A program made the position numbers and the translations under genes. A stretch of DNA of 64,000 bases from Chamaesiphon sp. (GTDB lineage Bacteria > Cyanobacteriota > Cyanobacteriia > Cyanobacteriales > Chamaesiphonaceae): assembly GCA_965246715.1 (NCBI GenBank), contig CBDFFH010000008.1, positions 1 through 64,000 of the forward strand, read 5' to 3'. Position 1 is the stretch's first letter. Each line of letters starts with the position of its first letter. Below the pieces are notes generated by a model. That model made no database searches. It saw only the letters and a program-made list of their open reading frames with translations, and was not told the DNA's origin. Shown here one piece after another: positions 30,679 to 40,622 of this stretch.

Positions 30679-30778
30679 TTAATAAATACAGGTTGATATG
30701 ATGTCTGAAAGCTAAGTAACTTAAACATGTGAACAATGAGTGCCGATCGAGTCAAAATAGAGCTAAGGAGAGTGGTAA

Positions 30779-32398
30779 ATGCGATGTCTTAATTGTGGCG
30801 AACAAGGAATTGATTTGGGTGCAGAAATTTGTCCCAAGTGTGAGGTACATTTACCTTCCTTGCTAAGAGGCTGTTTGCCATCTGGAACTTTGCTACTGCA
30901 TGGCACCTATGAGATTGAATACCCCCTCGGACGCGGCGGCTTTGGGATTACCTATCGGGCGATCGATCGGAACTTACAGAGAGCCGTGGCGATCAAAGAA
31001 TTTTTCCCCCAAGATTATGCCGTTCGTGAATACACCACGGGATGCTTGCGCCCAAATACTCAGAAGCAGGGTGTCTATCAACGGGGACTAGAACGCTTCA
31101 TTCGCGAAGGCCGCTTGTTGGCGGGATTGGATCATCCTGGTGTCGTCAAAGTTTATAACGCTTTTCAGGAGAGAGATACGGCTTATTTGACGATGGAGCT
31201 AATCGATGGCATTACCCTCCGGGACGAACTCAACCAACAATCCAGTCATAAACTACCACCGCAAAGAACGATCGACATCATCACCAAACTCGTAGATGCG
31301 CTCGATAGTGTCCATCAGCAAGATGTATACCACCTCGACCTCTCCCCCGATAATGTCATGCTGACCAAGCAGGGACGAGTGATTTTGATTGACTTTGGGG
31401 CATCCCGCCAAGGTATGGGCGGACAAACCACTCAAGCTTATAAAGAAGCCTATGCACCACCAGAAGTCCTGAACGGACAAGGAATGGGCGCAGAGAGCGA
31501 TGTGTTCGAGCTAGGAATGATGCTATGGGAATTGTTGACAGGCGAGCGGCCGCCATCGGCAATCTCTAGACTCACAAGCGCGATCGCAGATGGTAGGGAC
31601 AGTTGGCAACCGATCGGCTTGGATGAACCGTGGGCTGGACTGGTAAGTGGGGCGATTCGCCTCAAACAGCAGGAACGACCGCAACGAGTCCTCGCTTGGT
31701 GGCCTTATAGTAAAGAGCGAACGGCTGACGATAACATCATCACTGTCTATCCCGATCGCTCGATTGCCACGCTCGAGGCTCATCGCTCAGCCAATGATGC
31801 CCTCCCGAGAACGCTGCATACCGATCGGGCTTCACCAAACATCGAGATTACTCGAGCGACCAACGACCCGATCCCCACAACAGTTTATACCGATCGCGCT
31901 GCCGCCACTAACGATGACCCTCGAGCGACTAAAGAGGGCATGCCCAGAACGGTCTATACCGATCCCGATCGGGCAGTAGCGGCCAGAACGAGTAAAAAGA
32001 TGCTTCCGGCTGGTTTGTGGCTACGCTTAGGGGCAGACGCGATCGATCGGGCGATTCTGGTTGTCGGTAGCTATACCATCAATTTTATTTTTGCGACATT
32101 TTTTGGCATTGGGATCGATTTGACGATCTTATTGACTTATTATATTATTTTGGGGTTTGCTTACTGCCCGACGCTAGATAGTTCCGCCAATCGCGGCACG
32201 ATCGGCAAAAAATTAATGGGGATTATGGTGACCGATTTAACTGGTAAAAAAGTTAATTTCCAGCGAGCATTAACCAGACATGTCTGTAAAATTTTCTCTT
32301 ATTTAACTCTATTAATTGGATTTTTGATGGTGAAAACGACAAGCGAGCAGCAGGCTTTACACGATCGACTGGCAAAATGCCTGGTGGTAAAACGCTAG
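30779..32398 (+). CDS. Ser/Thr protein kinase with N-terminal CxxC-CxxC and C-terminal RDD membrane domain
   Basis: LGRGGFGITY, VAIKE, HLDLSPDN, DFG, YAPPE; RDD: RLGADAID...GTIGKKLMGIMV...QALHDRLAKCLVV. Confidence 0.92.
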   Translation: MRCLNCGEQGIDLGAEICPKCEVHLPSLLRGCLPSGTLLLHGTYEIEYPLGRGGFGITYRAIDRNLQRAVAIKEFFPQDYAVREYTTGCLRPNTQKQGVYQRGLERFIREGRLLAGLDHPGVVKVYNAFQERDTAYLTMELIDGITLRDELNQQSSHKLPPQRTIDIITKLVDALDSVHQQDVYHLDLSPDNVMLTKQGRVILIDFGASRQGMGGQTTQAYKEAYAPPEVLNGQGMGAESDVFELGMMLWELLTGERPPSAISRLTSAIADGRDSWQPIGLDEPWAGLVSGAIRLKQQERPQRVLAWWPYSKERTADDNIITVYPDRSIATLEAHRSANDALPRTLHTDRASPNIEITRATNDPIPTTVYTDRAAATNDDPRATKEGMPRTVYTDPDRAVAARTSKKMLPAGLWLRLGADAIDRAILVVGSYTINFIFATFFGIGIDLTILLTYYIILGFAYCPTLDSSANRGTIGKKLMGIMVTDLTGKKVNFQRALTRHVCKIFSYLTLLIGFLMVKTTSEQQALHDRLAKCLVVKR

Positions 32399-32464
32399 TC
32401 GAGACTTTAGCAGCGATTACGCTTGCGAATTCATGCACGAAACAGACCATTCATAATTTTATAC

Positions 32465-33223
32465 ATGTCAACATTTCCGATTCCAGCCCATTTGAATGGT
32501 TATTGGCAAGATGCATTTAATCTCAAGCAACATCTACAACAGTTTTTGGAAATCGACGATCGACAATTAAAATCTAAATTTGCAACAGCTTTAGCAGATC
32601 TAGCAGAAATAGGGAGACGGGATTTTAATTGGGATGAAGCGAGTAAGTTTTATCGGGAAAACGTCGGTGCGGCTTATTTATTTGAGTTGGCAACTTGGCA
32701 CCTGACGAGTACCGATTATATCGGCGATACCTTGCGGTTGATTGCCGATCGCTCGCGCGGTCGGGTATTAGATTTTGGCGGTGGGATCGGTACTCACTCG
32801 ATCGCAGCGGCTTTGTGTCCGGAGGTGTCGCAGGTGATATATTGCGATATCAATCCGATTAATTATAATTTTGTCAAACACCGCGTTCGCCAATTAGGTC
32901 TCGAATCAAAAATTAGTTGTTGTACGGAATTAGTGCCAACTGATACTTTCGATACAATTAATTGTTTTGATGTGATGGAGCATTTGTCCGATCCGAGCGA
33001 TCGCTTGATGCAATTTCATCGGATGCTCGCACCATCCGGCAAAATGGTCACCAATTGGTATTTCTCTAAAGGGCTAAATCGAGAATTTCCGTTCCATTTA
33101 GACGATCCGACAATTATCGATCGCTTCTTTGCCACACTGCAATCTAACTTTTTGGAAGTATTTCATCCATATTTTATTACTACCCGCTGTTACCGGAAGA
33201 TGGTAACAGTCGATTTTACTTGA
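32465..33223 (+). CDS. Class I SAM-dependent methyltransferase
   Basis: VLDFGGGIG, DTINCFDVMEHL. Confidence 0.85.
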   Translation: MSTFPIPAHLNGYWQDAFNLKQHLQQFLEIDDRQLKSKFATALADLAEIGRRDFNWDEASKFYRENVGAAYLFELATWHLTSTDYIGDTLRLIADRSRGRVLDFGGGIGTHSIAAALCPEVSQVIYCDINPINYNFVKHRVRQLGLESKISCCTELVPTDTFDTINCFDVMEHLSDPSDRLMQFHRMLAPSGKMVTNWYFSKGLNREFPFHLDDPTIIDRFFATLQSNFLEVFHPYFITTRCYRKMVTVDFT

Positions 33224-33510
33224 AGATATTGGGGTTTTCACCTTCGTTCCGCCCCAGCCATAGATTCGGTTAACTCTGTTGGGGTAAGCGTTACAGGATA
33301 GATCTCCACTGGGTTCGATAAAATCGGTATTTATGGATCTGCCCAAATCGACCGACAGACCGATATGATAATGAGCGATCGGATCGATCGACAAATATTA
33401 GTTTGGCTTTAAATCGATCGTCTTCAACAATCGATCGATTGGCAACGATAAAACTTGCTTTTTTCGTTAGAAAGTATCTCTAATTACTACAATTTGTTTA
33501 AGGTGAAATC

Positions 33511-36000
33511 TTGACCGAACCCATGTACGTCAAACGAGACCCCTACGATCTACACTTACCCTTCATCGGGCGCGACCAAAATCTTCATGCAGGCGAACCC
33601 TCCGTTCGTGAGGGTTTACAACCCGATTTCTCGTCCGAGCGCCAAAACCAACAACACGCGATCCTGCTGGCGCTGACACAGGTGCTAAATCCGCTGGGCG
33701 TGCGATTCAATTTCTCGATTCAGCCGCATCCCCAAATACCACAATCCGCAGTTACCGATAGCGAGCAGACGCTGCTCCAATCTCCTGATGCCTTCGCGTT
33801 GCCCCTAGCATATCGACTGTGGGTGCGCTGTCACGCGCAAAACAGTCTGGACTGTCAAATTATCGCCGTACCCCTGGCTCAAGCGCTCCGCAACCTCGAT
33901 CTTCAGGGATTTCAAGATGCGATCGTCGAATTTTCACCAGCCGTGGTTTTTACCAGCGATCCTAGCGCTAATTGGCGACTAAAACTCGATCTGAAACCTC
34001 CAAGCGTGCGGCTCAAACATTGGGCACGCTGGGGCGATGTTCAAGCGATCTCTAGATTGCTCGATCTTGCCCTCGCACCAGAAGGCATCCAAGTGAGTGC
34101 TGTCCTCAAAAATTTCACCATCCAAATTTTTTGTACGCTCATCGACTCTCCAGCGGCAAAATTCCCAGTCAAAAAAACGACGATCGATCGAATCGCACCA
34201 TTATTAATCGAACTTTCACCCCAAGGTATCCACGGTGCAACTATTCATGGGATGCATGTTCCAAATAGTAACAACGAACGTGGCGAAGCATCCCCTGTGT
34301 GGATGCACTGGCTCGATTTACCTGCCTTAGGCAACCCAAAATTTTCACCGACCCCGATAATTTTGGCAGCCAGAGGCCATAAAGCGGCACTAAAATTCAT
34401 CCTCGAACGGCTGCTCAATCCCGATTTAGATCGGTGTTTCGTCATTGGGGGGATCGGTTTGTCGTTGATGTACCGCGAGCGGATGCTGTATGTCATGAGT
34501 GAAGCACCCACTTGTCCGATTCAGAGCCAAGTAACGACTACTGTAGTGAAAGTCCTGCGTCAATTGGCGATTCCCGCAATTGATGGGGTACGCGTCTCTG
34601 GGCGGATATCAGGTGGCTCAGTAGCACTGTGGACTTATGGCATCGATTTCAAGCGCACACAGTTAGAGTTGCCGCCTGCGGCTCCAGCAAAGCGATTTGT
34701 GCCCGAGCCAGCGCGCCCGCAGATTAGTTGGGTAGAGAGAACCCGTGCGTATCTGATGGCGACGGGAATCTGGACACCACAATTAGCAATGACCAATACC
34801 AGTCAATTGGTTTATCGATCGCAATTTCAATGGCAACCGTCGTTGTTGTTATTATTAATCGGTTGCGGCGTGGCAATTATCACTGACTCGGCGATGAAAG
34901 TCGCACTCGAATCTAGGCAACTAACTACTCAATCGATCGAGACAACGGCCCTGCTATCATTTAATAATCCCTTGCTAGAGCAGAAACTGGCTCAATATCA
35001 ATTGCGCTGCGTGCAGCATGGCGTACCGGATGTATTGATCGTCGGTAGTTCGCGTGCCATGCGCGGTGTCGATCCGGCAATATTGCAGCGCAGGTTAATC
35101 GCTCGGGGTTATCGCAATCCACAGATTTATAATTTTGGAATAAATGGTGCGACGGCACAAGTAGTCGATCTGGTATTGCGTCAATTATTAACCACTCAAC
35201 AGTTACCCAAGTTGGTGATTTGGGCGGATGGTGCGCGGGCATTTAATAGCGGTAGAACCGATCGAACTTATGAAACGATTGCTTCATCCGATCGCTTTCA
35301 ACAGTTAGCATTGATGTCAGGATTGAAGAAAAGTAATTCATCATTACTGCAAGTTCAATCAGCTTTTCAAAATACTTATCAAGCAATTGATAATCGAGTC
35401 GATCGCGAATTTGCGCATATTTCACCAGCTTATTTCCACCGCGCGCGGATCAAAACTTGGTTGCAGTCACAACTGAAGTCTGCAAGTATTGTTACGTTAG
35501 GACATGGCGAGATTGCTAGCATCGATCGGGCTGCAAGTATTCAGGATCGGCAGATCGATTTTGATGGCTTTTTAGCACTCGATGTCCGATTCAATCCGCT
35601 GACTTACTATCACCAATACACGAGGGTTACCGGGGAGAGCGATGGCGACTATCTAAATTTTCAGTTAGCAGGCAATCAGGAGCGCGCACTGCACCAAGTG
35701 ACCGATTTGTTGGCAGCTCAAAAAATTCCCCTGATTTTTGTCAACATGCCGCTTTCAGATTTTTATCTGGATGATATTCGTCGCCAACACGAGATTACTT
35801 TCAAAGCCTATATGCACAAACAGAGTGCTGCCGAGCGACTCACATTTATAGATCTTGATAATTTTTTAAATAAACAATACGATCGCTTTTCCGATCCCAG
35901 TCATCTCAATCAGGTAGGTGCAAGTGAAGTCAGCCATTACTTAGCTCAAACGACAATGATTTCTTGGCAAATATTGAAGCCTAATCTTACAGACAAATAA
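33511..36000 (+). CDS. DUF1574-type protein: large N-terminal region, TM, SGNH/DltD-AlgJ-like domain
   Basis: VLIVGSSRA, YNFGINGA, FSDPSHLN (Ser...DxxH). Confidence 0.8.
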   Translation: MTEPMYVKRDPYDLHLPFIGRDQNLHAGEPSVREGLQPDFSSERQNQQHAILLALTQVLNPLGVRFNFSIQPHPQIPQSAVTDSEQTLLQSPDAFALPLAYRLWVRCHAQNSLDCQIIAVPLAQALRNLDLQGFQDAIVEFSPAVVFTSDPSANWRLKLDLKPPSVRLKHWARWGDVQAISRLLDLALAPEGIQVSAVLKNFTIQIFCTLIDSPAAKFPVKKTTIDRIAPLLIELSPQGIHGATIHGMHVPNSNNERGEASPVWMHWLDLPALGNPKFSPTPIILAARGHKAALKFILERLLNPDLDRCFVIGGIGLSLMYRERMLYVMSEAPTCPIQSQVTTTVVKVLRQLAIPAIDGVRVSGRISGGSVALWTYGIDFKRTQLELPPAAPAKRFVPEPARPQISWVERTRAYLMATGIWTPQLAMTNTSQLVYRSQFQWQPSLLLLLIGCGVAIITDSAMKVALESRQLTTQSIETTALLSFNNPLLEQKLAQYQLRCVQHGVPDVLIVGSSRAMRGVDPAILQRRLIARGYRNPQIYNFGINGATAQVVDLVLRQLLTTQQLPKLVIWADGARAFNSGRTDRTYETIASSDRFQQLALMSGLKKSNSSLLQVQSAFQNTYQAIDNRVDREFAHISPAYFHRARIKTWLQSQLKSASIVTLGHGEIASIDRAASIQDRQIDFDGFLALDVRFNPLTYYHQYTRVTGESDGDYLNFQLAGNQERALHQVTDLLAAQKIPLIFVNMPLSDFYLDDIRRQHEITFKAYMHKQSAAERLTFIDLDNFLNKQYDRFSDPSHLNQVGASEVSHYLAQTTMISWQILKPNLTDK

Positions 36001-36030
36001 CATTAATTAATTATTGCCGCGCGATCGCCC

Positions 36031-37557
36031 ATGAAGTTTATCTCGCCTACTTATGTTATTTTTCTGCTCGTAACCTTAACTTTTTATTGGGGAATAGCAA
36101 AAACTCAAAATCATAAATTATGGGTCATTGTCATCTCTAGTATTCTATTTTACATTTCTTTTTTACAGCTTCAGTATTTTCCAGTCATTCTTACAATGAT
36201 TTTAATTAATTACTGGATTGGCAAGTTATTGTTAGAAAGCCAAATTATTGAATATAAAGAGTTTAGAGATCGGGTCGATGATGAATATTTAAATCGCTGG
36301 CTGCCTAGAGGAAAAAAGCAAAGAAAAAGCTTGCTGATAGTGGGGATATCATTCAACATCTTGCTATTAATTCTTGCTAAATATATCCCATTTTTATTAA
36401 GTATTGCTGCACCGTTAAATCCAAATGAAATTCAATCCACAGTGTCCTGGCTCAAGACAAATTTCTTACCACCGTTAGGGATCTCATTCCTTAGTTTTGA
36501 ATCGGCAGCTTATCTAATCGATGTCTATAAAGGCAGTCCAGCGACAGGTAACTTACTTAAATATGCTGCTTACAAATCATTTTTCCCGAAATTAGTATCT
36601 GGGCCGATTACCCATTATCATCAATTTGCACCGCAATTAAATAATCTCCAGTTTCCCTCGATCGAGCGATTTTCCGAAGCAGGTTGGCTGATTGCTATTG
36701 GGGCGATTAAAAAGACACTAATTGCGGATAATTTAGCGATATATGTCAAATTAGTATTCGATCCCAATAATCTCGATCGAGCGGGAAGTTTCGATCTCTG
36801 GCTGGCAATTTTTGCTTATGGATTGCAACTATATTTAGACTTTAGTGGTTATGTAGATATCGTTCTAGGCACGGCAATTTTATTTGGAATTAACTTACCG
36901 ACTAATTTTAATTTCCCTTACATGAGCACGAGCATCGCTGATTTCTGGCGACGCTGGCATATCAGTTTAGGGAATTGGTTGCGCGACTATATTTATATTC
37001 CCCTTGGTGGTTCGCGATTGGACTTAGTAAGAACTTGTTTAAATCTGTTTGTATTGATGCTAATTTCTGGGATTTGGCATGGTGCGGATTGGGGATACAT
37101 TCTCTGGGGAGGAATTCATGGGATCGCGCTAATCGTCCATCGATTAACACATGTATATTCACAGAAAATTGAGCCACTAGTATTATTTTGGCAGAGTCGT
37201 TGGGGACAGCTTTGCGGTTGGTTATTGACACAACTATTAGTATTTGTCACTTGGATTTGGTTCCGCTTGCCCAATCTACAACAGTCTAATTTAGTTTTCC
37301 AACATCTCTGGGGTTACCCCCGCGATACCCAGTTTGCGACAAAGATTTATATCGATAGTCTGAAGTTAGGCGATCGCGAAATGCTAATTATTTTAATCGG
37401 TTTAACGCTCGCGATGTTTGTTGCCTATACGTTCGATCGAGTATTAAAGCTAAATCTCAATTGGCGACTAAAGTTAGGCTCGATTCCATTCTGTTTATAC
37501 ATTGTCTGGTTATTGTCTCCAGCACAGAGTTTAGCATTTATTTATTTCGATTTCTGA
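36031..37557 (+). CDS. MBOAT O-acyltransferase (AlgI/DltB-like)
   Basis: PPLGISF, FFPKLVSGPI, LYLDFSGYVD, DFWRRWHISL, ISGIWHG. Confidence 0.93.
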   Translation: MKFISPTYVIFLLVTLTFYWGIAKTQNHKLWVIVISSILFYISFLQLQYFPVILTMILINYWIGKLLLESQIIEYKEFRDRVDDEYLNRWLPRGKKQRKSLLIVGISFNILLLILAKYIPFLLSIAAPLNPNEIQSTVSWLKTNFLPPLGISFLSFESAAYLIDVYKGSPATGNLLKYAAYKSFFPKLVSGPITHYHQFAPQLNNLQFPSIERFSEAGWLIAIGAIKKTLIADNLAIYVKLVFDPNNLDRAGSFDLWLAIFAYGLQLYLDFSGYVDIVLGTAILFGINLPTNFNFPYMSTSIADFWRRWHISLGNWLRDYIYIPLGGSRLDLVRTCLNLFVLMLISGIWHGADWGYILWGGIHGIALIVHRLTHVYSQKIEPLVLFWQSRWGQLCGWLLTQLLVFVTWIWFRLPNLQQSNLVFQHLWGYPRDTQFATKIYIDSLKLGDREMLIILIGLTLAMFVAYTFDRVLKLNLNWRLKLGSIPFCLYIVWLLSPAQSLAFIYFDF

Positions 37558-37627
37558 GATGCTTAGATCTTTGACTATAATATAAGTACTAAATTTTGAT
37601 TGAAACTAATAATGAAGGGTGCAATTG

Positions 37628-37724
37628 GGAGCATCCACCTTTGGATGAAACATAATTGTTACACTCTAGAAATCAGGCTAGGTGGGTTGTCTAAAAAAGC
37701 CGCTCTGCCAAAAGAGGATGCTCC
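37628..37724. repeat. Imperfect 17-bp inverted repeat (GGAGCATCC...GGATGCTCC)
   Basis: GGAGCATCCACCTTTGG ... CCAAAAGAGGATGCTCC. Confidence 0.6.
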
Positions 37725-38117
37725 TGGTGCAATTTGAAATGCATTGCCTTCTCACACCTATGACTCTACCGCAGGTAGAAGGCGGCGCTCGCTGATAAAT
37801 TAATAAAATGTAACTCGAGCGGCGAAATTCTTCCCGATCCCATACTTTACCTTAAATTATCGATCGAATTTAACCGTCTTTACCCATCTGGCGCGATAAG
37901 ATATCACTGGTGGGTGTCGGTATAAATGCCTATACCACTGCCGAGCGCATGGATATTCGTCCATCGTCAGCTAGATATTGATGATGAGGTAATTGGGGCA
38001 TCATAGATTGAGGGCTTTATCATCGCCACTATTTCGACAGTGGTACTCATCTGCTCCAGTTATCGGTCACAACAGATTAGTTTGTCCATCCTCGATCGTT
38101 AGATATTGCATATATAC

Positions 38118-40121
38118 ATGGAACCATTATACGATTACGCCTGGTTGATTCCAGTATTTCCCCTGGCTGGGGCAATGCTAGTCGGATTGGGATTGATTTC
38201 GCTGAATAAGTTTACCAATGGATTGCGCGAACTGAATGCAGTCCTGATTATTTCTCTCATGGGTGCAGCGATGGCGATGTCCTTCGCTTTGCTCGCCAGT
38301 CAATTTCAGGGACACCCCACGTACATTCAGTCATTTGAATGGGCATCTGCGGGCAATTTTCATCTGAATATGGGTTACACGATCGATCATCTGACATCGT
38401 TGATGTTGGTCATCGTGACGACTGTTGCCATGTTAGTGATGATTTACACCCACGGGTATATGTCGCATGACAAGGGTTATGTCAGATTTTATGCCTATCT
38501 GAGCCTATTTAGCTCGTCGATGTTGGGCTTGGTAATCAGCCCCAACCTCGTCCAGGTATATATCTTCTGGGAACTGGTTGGCATGTGCTCCTATTTGCTG
38601 ATCGGTTTCTGGTACGATCGCAAAGCCGCCGCAGATGCTTGTCAGAAAGCATTCGTTACCAACCGCGTTGGTGACTTTGGCTTACTACTAGGGATGTTGG
38701 GGCTGTACTGGGCGACTGGTAGCTTTGATTTCCAAATCATGGGCGACAGACTCCAAGAATTAGTCGAGACTGGCGCGATTGGTGGCGGTTTGGCTGCTTT
38801 ATTCGCCATTCTCGTATTTATGGGGCCAGTTGCTAAATCCGCGCAATTCCCGCTCCATGTCTGGTTGCCAGATGCGATGGAAGGCCCAACACCAATTTCG
38901 GCACTGATTCACGCAGCGACGATGGTTGCGGCGGGGGTATTTCTGATCGCGCGGATGTATCCCGTGTTCGAGCATATCCCGACAGCGATGAATACGATCG
39001 CGTGGACGGGAGCGACAACAGCATTTTTAGGTGCCTCGATCGCGATTACCCAAAATGATATCAAAAAAGGCTTAGCCTACTCCACCATGTCCCAACTGGG
39101 CTATATGGTGATGGCAATGGGTGTCGGCGCTTATTCGGCTGGCTTATTTCACCTGATGACTCATGCTTATTTCAAAGCGATGATGTTCTTAGGTTCTGGC
39201 TCGGTGATTCACGGGATGGAGGATGTTGTCGGCCACAATCCCGCTCTCGCTCAAGATATGCGCCTCATGGGTGGTTTGCGGAAACATATGCCGATCACCG
39301 CATCCACATTTTTCATCGGCACGCTGGCAATTTCCGGGATTCCACCCTTTGCTGGTTTCTGGTCGAAGGATGAAATCCTTGGTGCCACATACGCTGCCAA
39401 TCCGCTCTTGTGGATGGTCGGGTTTTTAACTGCTGGTGTAACGGCATTTTACATGTTCCGCATGTATTTTTCGACCTTTGAGGGCAGTTTCCGAGGCAAT
39501 GATAAAGCCATTCGCGAGAAGTTACTCCAGGCTGCGGGTAGTCATGACGACCACGAAGCTCATGGACACAGCCATGCTGCTAAGCCACATGAGTCACCCT
39601 GGAGTATGACTTTACCGCTAGTTATTCTCGCTGTACCTTCAGCACTAATCGGGTTAGTCGGTACGCCATTTAATAACTACTTTGAGGAGTTTATTTATGC
39701 TCCTGGTAAGGTCGTCGAACACGCCCATGAGTTTGACTTAAATGAGTTTCTGATTATGGCTGGCAGTTCGGTCGGGATCGGACTGATTGGGATTACCTTA
39801 GCTTCATTGATGTACCTCAGCCGTAAAATCGATCCTAGCGCGATCGCGTCAAAGATTCCGGCATTGTACAATTTGTCCCTGAATAAATGGTACATCGACG
39901 ATATTTACAACAGTGTTTTTGTCGTCGGAATCCGCCGGATCGCTCGCCAGGTAATGGAAGTTGATTACCGCGTTGTCGATGGTGCGGTCAACCTTGCTGG
40001 TTTGGCAACATTGTTGGGTGGTGAGGGTCTGAAATACCTTGAAACCGGACGCGCTCAATTCTACGCATTGATTGTATTTGGCGCAGTATTGGGTTTGGTA
40101 GTCGTATTTGGCGTAACTTAA
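38118..40121 (+). CDS. ndhF1: NAD(P)H-quinone oxidoreductase subunit F (NdhF1)
   Basis: MEPLYDYAWLIP, FWELVGMCSYLLIGFW, KSAQFPLHVWLPDAMEGPTP, THAYFKA. Confidence 0.96.
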   Translation: MEPLYDYAWLIPVFPLAGAMLVGLGLISLNKFTNGLRELNAVLIISLMGAAMAMSFALLASQFQGHPTYIQSFEWASAGNFHLNMGYTIDHLTSLMLVIVTTVAMLVMIYTHGYMSHDKGYVRFYAYLSLFSSSMLGLVISPNLVQVYIFWELVGMCSYLLIGFWYDRKAAADACQKAFVTNRVGDFGLLLGMLGLYWATGSFDFQIMGDRLQELVETGAIGGGLAALFAILVFMGPVAKSAQFPLHVWLPDAMEGPTPISALIHAATMVAAGVFLIARMYPVFEHIPTAMNTIAWTGATTAFLGASIAITQNDIKKGLAYSTMSQLGYMVMAMGVGAYSAGLFHLMTHAYFKAMMFLGSGSVIHGMEDVVGHNPALAQDMRLMGGLRKHMPITASTFFIGTLAISGIPPFAGFWSKDEILGATYAANPLLWMVGFLTAGVTAFYMFRMYFSTFEGSFRGNDKAIREKLLQAAGSHDDHEAHGHSHAAKPHESPWSMTLPLVILAVPSALIGLVGTPFNNYFEEFIYAPGKVVEHAHEFDLNEFLIMAGSSVGIGLIGITLASLMYLSRKIDPSAIASKIPALYNLSLNKWYIDDIYNSVFVVGIRRIARQVMEVDYRVVDGAVNLAGLATLLGGEGLKYLETGRAQFYALIVFGAVLGLVVVFGVT

Positions 40122-40302
40122 ATTTTACTGGTTTGAGTTCGGATCCTTACCCCCTAAACGGTTGAGAATGTTAGAGATCGAGTCATCATCGTTATTTGAG
40201 GCTCGATCTCGACCTATCCAGGCAGCACTTCCCCCGATCGCATCTCAACTAGCTAAAGTCGAGTTAAAGATGTCGGGACTTTTGCGGCACTCGAGATCGT
40301 GC

Positions 40303-40347
40303 AAATAAAAAAGCAGCATCGACTTAACGATACTGCTTTTTTATTTG
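40303..40347. terminator. Bidirectional terminator between ndhF1 and tRNA
   Basis: AAATAAAAAAGCAGCATCG-ACTTAA-CGATACTGCTTTTTTATTT. Confidence 0.75.
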
Positions 40348-40350
40348 ATT

Positions 40351-40427
<77 letters not shown>

Positions 40428-40622
40428 TCGGCTTTCACCTCAACTCATTTAATATAACACTACTAAATGATAAATAGCAAGTGGCGATCGAAAATAGTTT
40501 TTTATGGGCAGCGGTAGCCAATGATTGGCGATCTTGATGAGGAGAGAAGGAGTAGGCGAAAAGCTTACATACCTCTCCCCGGAGGGGAATAATCGCAATA
40601 GGGCTTATTCCCTATCCCCTAA

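Noticed and set aside
40122..40350. Integrative element at tRNA-fMet
   Set aside because: No integrase and no duplicated tRNA 3' end seen; flanks are housekeeping genes
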